Below, piece after piece: positions 12,433 through 26,036 of a stretch of DNA of 64,000 bases (position 1 is the first letter of the stretch; every line of letters starts with the position of its first letter). The DNA is taken from assembly GCF_006345805.1 (NCBI RefSeq), contig NC_043010.1, positions 8,680,001 to 8,744,000 of the forward strand, written 5' to 3'. The notes beneath the pieces are model-generated. The model was not told the DNA's origin. It saw only the letters and a list, made by a program, of their open reading frames with translations, and made no database searches. Origin of the DNA: Octopus sinensis. Its lineage: Eukaryota. Made by a program: the position numbers and the translations under genes.

Positions 12433-13101
12433 TTAACCCTTTAGCATTCAGATTACTCTGCCAAATGTAATGCTTGTTCATTCATATTGGTTTGAATTAA
12501 TCCATGCATTAATCTCATAACTTTGAGATTTCAATGATGTAATTGTTTATTTTTAGAATATAATTACTCTTTTACTCTTTTACTTGTTTCAGTCATTTGA
12601 CTGCGGCCATGCTGGAGCACCGCCTTTAGTCGAGCAAATCGACCCTGGAACTTATTCTTTGTAAGCCCAGTACTTATTCCATTGGTCTCTTTTGCCGAAT
12701 CGCTAAGTGACGGAGACGTAAACATACCAGCACCGGTTGTCAAGCAATGCTAGGGGGACAAACACAGACACACAAACATATACACACACACATATATATA
12801 TATATACATATATACGACAGGCTTCTTTCAGTTTCCGTCTACCAAATCCACTCACAAGGCATTGGTCGGCCCGGGGCTATAGCAGAAGACACTTGCCCAA
12901 GATGCCATGCAGTGGGACTGAACCCAGAACCATGTGGTTGGTTAGCAAGCTACTATTTTTAGAATATAATTGTTTATTTTTAGAATATAATTGTTTATTT
13001 TTAGAATGACATTGTAAAATAAGTATGACAGCCTAGATTTGGACATAAAGGGAGTAGAATATTTTGGCCAAATATGATCGGTTGAAATGCATAAGTGTTA
13101 A
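12433..13101. mobile_element. piggyBac-type TTAA MITE (family 2) interrupted by a SINE
   Basis: Starts TTAA-CCCTTTAGCATTCA and ends TGAAATGCATAAGTG-TTAA. Related copies at 23458-23696 and about 58730-58860 (ending AAAGGG-TTAA). Confidence 0.65.
12566..12953 (-). mobile_element. OK-like SINE, slightly 5'-truncated, nested in the MITE
   Basis: 18-bp TSD tatttttagaatataatt at 12548-12565 and 12954-12971. Confidence 0.9.
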
Positions 13102-14912
13102 TGTTGCTATATCCAGATCAACTTTGATTGAAGAAACCTACAATCAAAGCCGTTCCATCCATGACAATCACGTCTTTCAATGTATGTGTAGTGCTTCATT
13201 ATGTACTGTGTGCTTTCTTTTCAAAGATGGCTGGATTTTTCTAAAGTAAGAATTGGCTGTTATTTGTAACAAGTCAAATGACAACATATGAGTTTTTTTC
13301 CTTGGCTCATTGCATCTTGATTTGGTGAAATAAGCATCTTACCAGGCATAGGAACAACTCGACTAACAGTCTCTACTCTACTAAATTTAAACTGACCTCT
13401 GTTTATTCAAAAGAAACGAACATTTGAAAGCTGGTGTTCTTGTAGGGGTACACACACCCCATATGATTGTGCAAGAGAAACTGTGAGGGTACAGAACAGT
13501 TTGTAAAAAAACATTGCAATTTTAAAGTAAGCATCCATTGCAACAAACTTATCTGGAAAATATGTTAAAAGTATTTAACTATTCCCATTTACTTATCATT
13601 GTGAACAATGGTTTTCAATAATAATTGAAGCTAAAATCTACACACCCATTGAATCTTCTAAATTGAGACTTTTTGAAACTAATTTTTAAATGCATAGTTA
13701 GAAGGTCATACACTATAATGGTATTTTTTTAAGCAGAAATTTTGAACCTTGGCAAAGCCTGTAGACTTAGAATATTTCGGTCTTTACTAATTATAGGCTT
13801 AAAATCACTTCCAAGAAATCACTTTATATCTAGAACATGGGTATATTGGACACTTCCTAAGACAACAAGCAGTTATCTATGAGGTCACACAAACCTTTTA
13901 AAAACAGTAGCTAAATCTCGTTCTAATAACAGATTGCTATCTTAAAAGGCCACATTAAATAATGTAATCTTATATAGACTGTTCTTGAAAAAAGATGGAA
14001 TAGACATGGCTGGAACAACTTTGTTCATGCTTCCAACAGATCAGAATGAACTAGTGATGGATGGGTAAAATAGCAATGGCAACGAATTCCTCTCTAACAG
14101 ACACTGGGGAGATTGATTCCTATTATTATAAGGTAAGTAAAGAAATACATATTCATGAGGACACTTTGCTTCAGAGGAATTCAGCAGAGAGTGTTCTTAT
14201 CTTTCCTATTGACATTAGCGAAAGAACAATTTCAGCTCGGAACACACATTAGCCATTCAAAAACACCCCAAAATTGTTAACATCACTTTCTGTATGTATA
14301 TAAGATGTATTTTTTTTATTATTCTCAAATGAAACAAAAAAATTGCCATGCATCTAATGTAATTGTATGGATAGTATATGAGAGAAGGATGTAATATAAT
14401 AAATTTGTTTGTTTTTTTTTTCCCACAAAATGTACTTTCTCTTCACAAAAATGTAGGGTGTTTGTCTTATGCGAGAGTGCATCATTTATACTGGCAAATG
14501 TGGTAAACATTTATTACTTGGCATCAAAATTTTTGTTGCACCAACTGCAACTTGGTCACTAACACAGTTTAACTGCAATGTTGCACTGTCAACACAAATT
14601 TCGACACTAAGTAATAAATGTTTAAGTGAAGTTAACAGTTTTTTCAGTGTGTTTTCAAGTGTTTTTCAATGGCTACCATGTGTCTCCCATGTTGTAATTG
14701 TTTTAGTTTCAATACACAATCTTGGATCAAAATACTTGCCACACAAGTGCATCTCTGAAATTAGTAAAATAATTTCATTAAAACAACACAAAACTGGGAA
14801 TTGAATTAATTTTGCTGATCTGACTTCTCCAGCAGTTATTACATTTTAGTAATCAGGTTTATATTATGATAACTATCAGGATATATAAATCAGTGTATTA
14901 CCTGATATGTAC

Positions 14913-15418
<506 letters not shown>

Positions 15419-15837
15419 CTTCACCAAGGAAGTGAGCTGGCAGAATTGTTAGCACACAAGACCAGATGCTTAGAAGCATTTCTTTTGGTTTTATTCTCTG
15501 AATTTTAAATTTCACCAAGGTTGACTTTCCTTTCATAGTTTTGGGGTTGATAAAGTAAGTACAGTTGAAGACTAAAGGCTCCTCCCACCAAAATTTCAGG
15601 CCTTGTGCCTATAGAAGAAAGAATTATTACTGCTTCTATTAAGGCAGTGAACTGGACATCAGTCCAGACAGTAGCATTTCATCTGGTTTTATGTTCTAAA
15701 ACCAAGATTGATTTTACTTTTCATCCTTTCAGTGATGATAAAGTAAGTACCAGTTGAGTACTAGGGTCCAATGTAATCAATTAACTCCCACCCACTGCCC
15801 TCAACATTTCAGGCTTTGTGTTTATAGTAGAAAAAAA

Positions 15838-16260
15838 TTACTCTTTTACTCTTTTACTTCTTTCAGTCATTAGACTGTGGCCATGCTGGAACACCGCCTT
15901 TAGTCAAGCAAATTGACCCCAGGACTTATTCTTTGTAAGCCTAGTACTTATTCTATCGCTCTATTTTGCTGAACTGCTAAGTTACGGGGACATAAACACA
16001 CCAGTATCAGTTGTCAAGCGATGTTGGGGGGACAAACACAGACACACAAACACACACACACACATACATATATTTATATATATATATACATATATACGAT
16101 GGGCTTCCTTCAGTTTCTGTCTACCAAATCCACTCACAAGGCTTTGGTCAGCCCGAGGCCATAGTAGAAGACACTTGCCCAAGGTGACACGCAGTGGGAA
16201 TGAACCTGGAACCATGTGGTTGGTAAGCAAGCTACTTACCACACAGCCACTCCTGTGCCT
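15838..16260 (-). mobile_element. OK-like SINE
   Basis: Full-length reverse-complement copy. Preceded by two diverged family-C-like copies on the + strand (about 15425-15625 and 15640-15835). Confidence 0.9.
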
Positions 16261-16718
16261 ATTACTCATTTACTTTTTAATCATGAGGGATGGCAATATT
16301 CATGGCTTTCTACAGGTAGGAGAGAGGGAAAATAATCTTAAACCAGAAACCCAGCCTGAATCTTTGCAACAGAATGAATTTATTGGTGCCAGGTAGTGAT
16401 GTTAAACTAGGAGATGAGTTAAATTTACTGCCCAAGGGAGCCATGGTGGAATTTGAACTCAGAATACAAGGAGCTGGGACAAATACAATAAGGTATCTGA
16501 CCTGTTGTTCTTATAATTCTTGCCAGTCCATCCCCTTGGACTGGTACATTTTATTAATGCTGAAAGGATAAAAGGTAAAGTTGAGGTCAACAGGATTTGA
16601 ACCCAGAACATAGGGAACATATACTGCAAAACATTTTGTCCAGTGCTCTAAGAACTCTACCAATTCTCCAGTTAATACGTGTATACACACATACGATTTT
16701 GTACCTACAAGGATCAGC

Positions 16719-17420
16719 ATGTATGTATGTATGTATGTATGTATGTATGAATGTATGCATGCATGTATGTATGTATGTATGTATGTATGTATGTATGTAT
16801 TTATGTATGTATGTATGTATGTATGTATGTATGTATTTATGTATGTATGTATGTATGTATGTATTTATGTATGTATGTATGTTGTATGTATGTATTATGT
16901 ATGTGTGTATGTATGTATGTATGTATGTATGTATGTATGCATGCATGCATGCAGCATGTATGTATGATGTATGCATGCATGTATGTATGTATGCAGATGC
17001 ATGCATGTATGTATGTTATGTATGTATATAGTATTATTGTATGTAGGTATGTAGTATGTATGTATGCATATTATGTATGTATGTATGCATGCATGCATGT
17101 AGTATGTATGTAGTATGTATGTATGTATGTATGTATTTATGTATGTATGTATGCATGTAGGTATGGATGTGATGTAGGCATGTATGTATGTATGTATGTA
17201 TGTATGTATGTATGTATGTATGTATGTATGTATTATGTATGTATGTATGTATGTATGTAATTTATGTATGTATGTATGTATTAATGTATGTATGTATGTA
17301 TGCATGTATGTATGTATGTATGTATGTATGTATGCATGTATGTATGTATGTATTTATGTATGTATGTATGTATTTATGTATGTATGTATGTATTTATGTA
17401 TGTATGTATGTATGTATGTA
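16719..17420. repeat. (TATG)n microsatellite, about 700 bp
   Basis: Direct reading. Confidence 0.98.
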
Positions 17421-17563
17421 TGGGTTTGTATATGTACAGTGAAAGAGAGAGAGAGAGAGAGAGAGAAAGATGCATATGCATTACTGCAAGCATTATGTAT
17501 ATGCATCATCACACTTAATCTGCCTCACACATAGCTGTAAATATTATGCATGCATTATCATAC

Positions 17564-17608
<45 letters not shown>

Positions 17609-17754
17609 ACACACACACACACACACACATGCATAAAGAAACATATATATATATAATATATCTATAAATAAATGAATATATGAATATAAACACACGTATG
17701 ACACCACACACAAAAACACACAAAAATGCATACACATACATATATATATATAAT

Positions 17755-17819
<65 letters not shown>

Positions 17820-18095
17820 TTATACACAGATACAAGTGTTTATGCACACACAATATATGTAAGTATAGATGCTTGTATAGACAAATATATGCTAATATTT
17901 GCATGTGTGCATCTGTGCACATTATATGCAGATATTCATGCCTATATGGAGAGATGCTCTGACTGCACACATGTCTCTTTATATTAGTTGTATGCTTATT
18001 TCTCTGAGAAGCTCTAAATATGCATCAATTTATTTATTGCTAAGCAGTGCATAGTCAATGTTTGATTAAGTGCGTGTGCATAGGAGAATATATAT

Positions 18096-18698
18096 ATTTC
18101 TTTACTACCCACAAGGGGGCTAAACACAGAGGGGGACAAACAAGGACAGACAAAGGGATTAAGTCGACTACATCGACCCCAGTGCGTAACTGGTACTTAA
18201 TTTATCGACCCCAAAAGGATGAAAGGCAAAGTCGACCTCGGCAGAATTTGAACTCAGAATGTAACGGCAGACAAAATACCTATTTCTTTACTACCCACAA
18301 GGGGCTAAACACAGAGGGGACAAACAAGGACAGACAAAGGGATTAAATCGACTACATCGACCCCAGTGTGTAACTGATACTTAATTTATCGACCCTGAAA
18401 GGATGAAAGGCAAAGTCGACCTCGGCAGAATTTGAACTCAGAATGTAACGGCAGACAAAATACCTATTTCTTTACTACCCACAAGGGGCTAAACACAGAG
18501 GGGACAAACAAGGACAGACAAAGGGATTAAGTCGACTACATCGACCCCAGTGCGTAACTGGTACTTAATTTATCGACCCCGAAAGGATGAAAGGCAAAGT
18601 CGACCTCGGCGGAATTTGAACTCGGAACGTAACGACAGACGAAATACGGCTACGAATTTCGCCCGGCGTGCTAACGTTTCTGCCAGCTCGCCGCCTTT
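18096..18698 (-). mobile_element. SINE family C with its 3' about 184 bp in three tandem copies
   Basis: One head (ending 18698) and three bodies starting at about 18096, 18281 and 18465; junction ggcagacaaaatacc|tatttctttac. Confidence 0.9.
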
Positions 18699-18713
18699 TA
18701 GAGAATTTATATG

Positions 18714-19316
18714 TGAGCGTGTGAGTGAGTGCCTGTGCATACGTGCGTGTGTATGTGTAAGTGTGCTTATGTGTGTGTGTGTAAGCGTGTATGGTGTATA
18801 TGTGTGTGTGTAAGTGAGTGCCTGTGCATACGTGTGTGTATGTGTAAGTGTGCTTATGTGTGTGTGTAAGCGTGTATGGTGTATTTGTGTGTGTGTAAGT
18901 GAGTGCCTGTGCATACGTGTGTATGTGTAAGTGTGCATATGTGTGTGTGTAAGTGTGTATGGTGTATATGTGTGTGAGCGTGTGAGTGAGTGCCTGTGCA
19001 TACGTGTGTGTATGTGTAAGTGTGCTTATGTGTGTGTGTAAGCGTGTATGGTGTATATGTGTGTGAGCGTGTGAGTGAGTGCCTGTGCATACGTGTGTGT
19101 ATGTGTAAGCGTGCATGTGTGTGTGTAAGCGTGTATGGTGTATATGTGTGTGTGTAAGTGAGTGCCTGTGCATACGTATGTGTATGTGTAAGTGTGCATA
19201 TGTGTGTGTACGCGTGTATGTGTGTGTGTGTGTGAGAGAGAGAGAGAGTATATCTGAGTGTGTGAGTGCCTGTGCATATGTGCGTGTATGTGTAAGTGTG
19301 CATATGTGTGTTTGTA

Positions 19317-19364
<48 letters not shown>

Positions 19365-19470
19365 TATATGTGAGTGTGTGTGTGAGTGCCTGTGCATATG
19401 TGCGTGTATGTGTTAGTGTGCATATGTGTGTGTATGTGTGTATGGTGTATGCGTGTATGGTGTATGTGTG
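18714..19470. repeat. TG-rich minisatellite, unit about 70 bp
   Basis: Recurring anchor gtgagtgcctgtgcatac/tat with a repeated (TG)-derived scaffold. Confidence 0.85.
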
Positions 19471-20061
19471 TGAGAGAGAGAGGTTACTGGCAATTCAGAA
19501 GCTAAGTCTAGTGTACCAAGCTTACTCGTACTATATAATGCATATTAATGCAAATCATCCATTGGAACGGGCATCACGGATGCAGGTGCATAACAACATT
19601 ATTGTATTCATTCACGCATACATACACACACACATTCACACTCACAGATATACACACTCTCATCACTCATGCACATTTACATTGGTCCTTTTTCATTTCA
19701 TAAATTTGATAGGTTCTCCCTTAGCTTATCAAATATACTTCACTCACATTATGATTTTGATCTTATTCAATAAAAATAACCTTTGAAACAATGTTTGGTC
19801 GATTTGTAACATCAGTAATAGTGCGCTGTGTATGATGTATATATAAAAATCTGTCTCATCTGCTAAACAAATAGAAAAGGAAAGCGAAAGGCAAAAACAA
19901 ACAACGAATGCGTAAATAAAACCATAAGAATATAAAGACAAAAGGATTTATACGGAATGTATTTCTCTTTTTGCTCTTATTTTCACATAGATGAGAGGCT
20001 CGAAATTTTAGCAAGAGGGAACAGTCAATAATATCAACCTCAATAACTTGATTGGTACTTA

Positions 20062-20792
20062 TTTTATTGGCCCGGAAAAAAAAAAAAATTGAGGAGGATA
20101 TGCGAAGTTGACCTCAGCAGGATTTGAACACAGAACAACAATGACAATAGCAAGAGCAATAACAATAATAATGGTTTTAAATTTCGGCACAAGGCCAGCA
20201 ATTTCAGGGGAGGGGATAAGTCGATTACATCAACCCCGGTGTTCAACTGATGTTTATTTTATCGACCCTGAAAGGATGAAAGGCAAGGTTGATCTTGGCG
20301 GAATTTTATTTTATTGGCCCCCCCAAAAAAATTGAGGAGGATATGCGAAGTTGACCTCAGCAGGATTTGAACACAGAACAACAATGACAATAGCAAGAGC
20401 AATAACAATAATAATGGTTTTAAATTTCGGCACAAGGCCAGCAATTTCAGGGGAGGGGATAAGTCGATTACATCAACCCCGGTGTTCAACTGATGTTTAT
20501 TTTATCGACCCTGAAAGGATGAAAGGCAAGGTTGATCTTGGCGGAATTTTATTTTATTGGCCCCCCCAAAAAAATTGAGGAGGATATGCGAAGTTGACCT
20601 CAGCAGGATTTGAACACAGAACAACAATGACAATAACAAGAACAATAACAATAATAATGGTTTTAAATTTTGGCACAAGGCCAGCAATTTCAGGGGAGGG
20701 GATAAGTCGATTACATCAACCCCGGTGTTCAACTGATGTTTATTTTATCGACCCTGAAAGGATGAAAGGCAAAGTTGATCTCGGCGGAATTT
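20062..20792. repeat. Tandem triplication, 3 x 243 bp, containing the 3' part of a family-C-related SINE (minus strand; head to about 20873)
   Basis: Track ORFs at 20108, 20351 and 20594 are spaced exactly 243 bp apart and near-identical. Confidence 0.95.
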
Positions 20793-21656
20793 GAACTCAG
20801 AACAGAAGGACAGATGACGTGCCGCTAAGCATTTTGCCTGGCATGCTAACAATTCTGCCAGCTCACCACCTTAACAACAACGACAATAATAATAACAACA
20901 ATAATAAAGTTTCTGATTGTTTCTAATTTAAGCATGGACCCCAAAAGAATGAAAGGCAAAGCTGATCCCTAAAGGATTTGAATGCATAGCCTGAAGAACC
21001 TAATCAAATACTACAAAATATTTTCTTCTCTTTGTTTTTCTAATATCCTAATGATTTGGTCAATATATTGTCCATATTAATTTCTGATAATAGTCATAAG
21101 GCCATCAATTGTATTAGAGGGGTGTTATTCATTTACATTCATCCCAATACTTGGGTGGGTTTTTTTTATTTTATTGCTCTCAAAAGGATAAAAGGTTAAG
21201 TTGACCTCAGCAGGACTCAAACTCAGGATGCAAAGAGCTGGAACAATTACTGCCTAGCAATTTGTTTGACAGTCAAACAATTTAACCAGTCCCACATCAT
21301 ATATAACTTATTGAAGCTTTCTTTTTTTCTTTCAAGCAGCGTATCCAGAAACACATCATTTGATATGTCCTTCCACTTTTAAGGTGGCAGATTCTGTGAT
21401 TTGAGGGAGATTAAACAGTTATCTCTGGCAAATTTAGTAGCCACACGGAAATTCCTTCGTTGTTGCTCTCTCATTTTAAAAATAGTTTTTGTAGGTGCAG
21501 GCATGGCTGTGTGGTTAAGAAATTTGCTTTCCAACCATGTACATTGTGTTCAGTCTCACTGTATGGCACCTTGGGCAAGTGTCTTCTATTTTAACCATGG
21601 GCAGACCAAAGCCTTGTCAATGGATTAGCTAGATAGAAACTGATAGAAGTAAATTG

Positions 21657-21728
<72 letters not shown>

Positions 21729-21872
21729 AATCTATCTATCTGTCTATCTATCTATCTACCTATCTATCTATTGATCCATCCATCCATCCATCCATGTATC
21801 TATCCATCTGTGTATCTATCTATCTATCTATCTATCTATCTGTCGATCTATCTATCTATCTATCTATCTATC

Positions 21873-21909
<37 letters not shown>

Positions 21910-22899
21910 TTGTCTGTCTGTCTGCCAATTCATACACCTCTTTATTTGTATATATATCTATGTGTGTGTGTGTGTGTGTGTCTGTGCTTGCACCTTCTTG
22001 TGTCACCCTGCCAAAATCATGTTTAGTCATGAGAAAGATTACCTTGCTTGGATACAAATGAGGGATGACAACAAGAAGGATTATATCCAGCCACAGAAAA
22101 AGCTGTCCTAACAAATTCTATCTGACCCACACAAACAAGGGAAAGTGGGTGACAAACTGATGATGATGATAATGAAGTAGAGCTGAAGAGATGAAGTGGT
22201 TAACAAAAATGCGACAAACGCTAATAATTTAGATCTCAAGATAATGGCCCTCACAGAAGATGAAAGAAGATAAAGAAAAGCAGACATTCACAACCTACGT
22301 TGGCACAACCAAAAGGGGATGAGGAGCTCTATGTAAGTGTTAACTGAGCTAGAAATGGTAGCCAAATCCCACTCAAATTGCACACTACTCTCTTGAAAAA
22401 GGAAGGAGACATGTATATACTATACTTTAAGGTGGAGATGATCACGGCTTTAACATTTTTGACTGGGGTTGATCTGGGGTTAATAACAACAACAACAGCA
22501 ACATAACACATGGGGTACATTTATGTGGGTATATGATATGCTAGAATTAACAACTAAATCTCCTTCAAAGCTTAAACATACCATCTTATAAAGAGACATT
22601 GCAAAGAACCAACTTACAAAAAGACCACAAAATGTGGTCCTGATTCCCCGCACACATAAAACAAGATTGGAGTGTCATAGCTAGAATTTACTCAAAGATG
22701 TGTTTGAATATGGCTGAGCTGGTGCAAAAACAACACCATTTGTCAGCATGGAAATGAAAATTATTCAACTGACAATGACAATGAGGATGATGATGATGAT
22801 GATGATGTTGAGGAAGAAGATGATGAAGGTAATGAACCCTGAAGTGATAGAACTCTAACTGAAGGCAATAACACTTACTTGCCCCCAGAGTATACTTAC

Positions 22900-22947
<48 letters not shown>

Positions 22948-22956
22948 GTATGTATA

Positions 22957-22987
<31 letters not shown>

Positions 22988-23457
22988 GCATACATACACG
23001 CACACACACACACATATATATATATTTATATATGGAGAGAGAGAAAGATGATGAAGGAATAAAGGATTATCTTATGAACTTCATTAGCTTACAGCTGTTT
23101 CTGCTGCAAGATGTAGTGGATTCATTGTTGAGTGCCTCAATTACACCTTATAACTTCATTAAATATGAAGTGCAATTTATTTAGGAAAAAAATTATATTC
23201 ACATATGTGTGTGTGTGTGTGTGGGTATGTATCGTACTTAAATTTTCATTGAACTCAAAAGTGTCTTGTATTTAAAGAACTGAAATTACAGCTGCAGTGA
23301 TGAAACGAAATTGCCGAAGGTTTTAATTCTACTCAGAAAATTAGGGGTGATAACTCCAAAATTAAGATTAATTGAAATTCTATGTGGGCATGCAATAGGG
23401 AGTGAATCTGATCTTAAATATGTTTACATCTTAAATCTGTTACTTTTCTAATCAAGT

Positions 23458-23696
23458 TTAACTATTTAGCATTTAGATTACTCTATCAAATGTGATACCC
23501 ATTTATTCATATTATTTTGAATTAAGTATGCATTATCATATAGCATCAAGAATTTGAAGAATATTGTTTACATTTAGAATTGCATTGTAGAGTAGGTGTG
23601 AGATGTAGGTGTGAGATGCCAGATCTGGCCAGTTTGAACATAAAACAGGTAAACTATCTGGGCCTGATATAGCTGATTAAAATGCCTAAATGTTAA
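23458..23696. mobile_element. Diverged piggyBac-type MITE (family 2)
   Basis: Homologous to 12433-13101 without the SINE; TTAA at both ends. Confidence 0.6.
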
Positions 23697-24461
23697 TGTT
23701 TAAGTTCTCGGCTGTTATGCCATAAATTTAAGTTAGACTAAAGACAATTGTTATCATTGTTTAGCATCAAGTTAATCTTGATTAAGTGAACTTATGATCT
23801 AAGCCATTCATGCTTTGATTAATCTGTTTTTGTACAATGCTTGATATGTCCTTCCTTTTTTAAGATAGGAGAGTGCGATTTAAAAAAGTATATTGGTTGC
23901 TATTTTTTGCAGGTCAAAAAACTTTTGAGACATTCTCTTGTTGGCTCATCTAAAAGGAGCATATTTGAAGAAGGTTCACATTTTTTAAAAACATTGTGTT
24001 ACTGATGTATATGATCCAATTCTATTTTGTGTGTGTGTGTACATGTGTGTGTGTGAGTGTGTGTGTGTGTGCGTGTGTGTGTGCATATGCGTATGTGTGT
24101 GCAGGGAAGTGTAAATACATGTTTTGGTGCCTATTTTAAAGGAATGGTAATAATAATTGATATGGGAAAGATATTAGTTGTTTAGTACAAGGTTACCTCT
24201 TACTGAACTGATAAAATCTTTGGTCAAAAATTCTCCAGCCATGACCATCCCATCTTTTTTCAAAGTAATACTCCCAACACTACATTGTCTTATGTGCTTT
24301 TCTTGCCTAAAGCAACAGTGAGTGAGCTGAGGGAGATTTAGCTGCTTGTTCTGTCTGGTTGAGAGACAATGTCAAGGCTCATGTGTTGGCTTACTGGAGA
24401 TTTCATTGAAGTTACTATAGAAACCTGGAGATTATTCAAAGGTAAAATAATTGAATGCACT

Positions 24462-24972
24462 TGGGTGACGTGCAACCAAGAGAATACCCTCCATCAGGCA
24501 TTTGCCATATTCTGAACGCCTTACTTCCCTGGGCATGGATACATTGAAACTCCGACGTCTAGCAGCTGACTTGGCAGACACCCATAAAATTATTAACCAT
24601 CTTACAAACAATAACTCTGAGCACCTTTTCAAACTCCACCTGTCTAACACCCATGGACATGTTTACAAAGTCAGAAACAGCACAGCTCCCATGACTTTCG
24701 GAAACATTTTTTTCATGCTAAGAGTTGCTGAAGCATGGAACAAACAGTTGTTAGTTGTCTGAGCACTGCATCCTTCAAAACTTCCATGCTTCCTGAGATT
24801 CGCCAACACTACACGTGATTTTCTCCCATCCATACACACGTAAGCATGTATCTGACTCATACACTGTTCACTTTCCAGACATTTGTACATTACTACATGT
24901 GCTTTATATGCACTTTTGACAAGTTGTGGTGCACCTAAGCACTGTATACGATAATTTCATTATTATTATTAT
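24462..24972 (+). mobile_element. CR1/L2-group LINE 3' end (ORF2 C-terminus, 3' UTR, (ATT)n tail)
   Basis: PYSERLTSLGMDTLKLRRLAADL..HKI..THGH..FFMLRVAEAWNK matches the CR1-type ORF2 C-terminal pattern. Confidence 0.85.
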
Positions 24973-25288
24973 ATTTTAGATATGACATGGGACTGCCACG
25001 TAAGTAAACTGAGTTAATATAGCTAACAAGTTATACTCTCAGAGTGATTCAAACAGTGGCATGTTGATTCATTTCAAATACTGCTTAAAACTTGTAAGTT
25101 TAAATAAAGAAAATTAGATAAAAATAGAATATTTGTATGTAAAAATATTGGATGAAGTTTAAAATAACCAAATGACATCTGTCTGGCTGACCAGATGGAA
25201 GATGATATTTTTTCATAAAACTAATGTGTATTGAGAGCCAAAAATTTAATTGAATATAACTGCATGAACAAGCTACACACACACACAC

Positions 25289-25323
<35 letters not shown>

Positions 25324-25328
25324 GATAG

Positions 25329-25373
<45 letters not shown>

Positions 25374-25374
25374 T

Positions 25375-25740
25375 GGCATGGGAGTGGCCGTGTGGTAAGT
25401 AGCTTGTTGACCAACCACATGGTACCGGGTTCAGTCTTACTGCATGGCAGGTGCAGGAGTGGTTGTGTGGTATGTAGCTTGCCTACCAACCACATGGTTC
25501 CAGGTTCAATCCCACTGCATGGCACCTTGGGTAAGTGTCTTCTACTATAGCCTCGGCCTGACCAAAGCCTTGTGAGTGGATTTGACCCCTAACATCGCTT
25601 GACAACCAATGCTGGTGTGTTTACGTCCCCATAACATAGTGGTTCAGCAAAAGAGACCATAAGTCTTGGGGTCGATTTGATTGACTAAAGGTGGTGCTCC
25701 AGCATGGCCACAGCCAAATGACTGAAACAAATAAAAGAAT
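25375..25740 (+). mobile_element. OK-like SINE with a duplicated head and a central deletion
   Basis: Two tandem tRNA-like heads (25375-25448 and 25449 onward). The body jumps from gtggatttg to acccctaacatcgc. Confidence 0.8.
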
Positions 25741-26001
25741 ATGTATACATATATATAAATATATATACTTCCATAAGCATACACACACACATACACGTAT
25801 ACACTCTTACACAGCACACACACATACGCGCTCACACACACATGCATTAGTTCATCATGTACAACACAGGCATTGAGCATTTACATTGTGTGTGTGCATG
25901 CAATTGATTGATTGTATTTCTGTGTGTGTGTGTGCATGTTTACATATTCCAAAATCTCTGTACAATTATAGGTATATATATATATGAATATATATGTATA
26001 T

Positions 26002-26036
<35 letters not shown>

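Noticed and set aside
16587-19786. Many long YIYI/CVCV/HTHT/MYVC ORFs here and throughout the window
   Set aside because: Di- and tetranucleotide repeats lack stop codons, so these are not genes.
20062-20792. Regularly spaced repeats as a possible CRISPR array
   Set aside because: Whole units are identical with no unique spacers, the context is eukaryotic and there are no cas genes.
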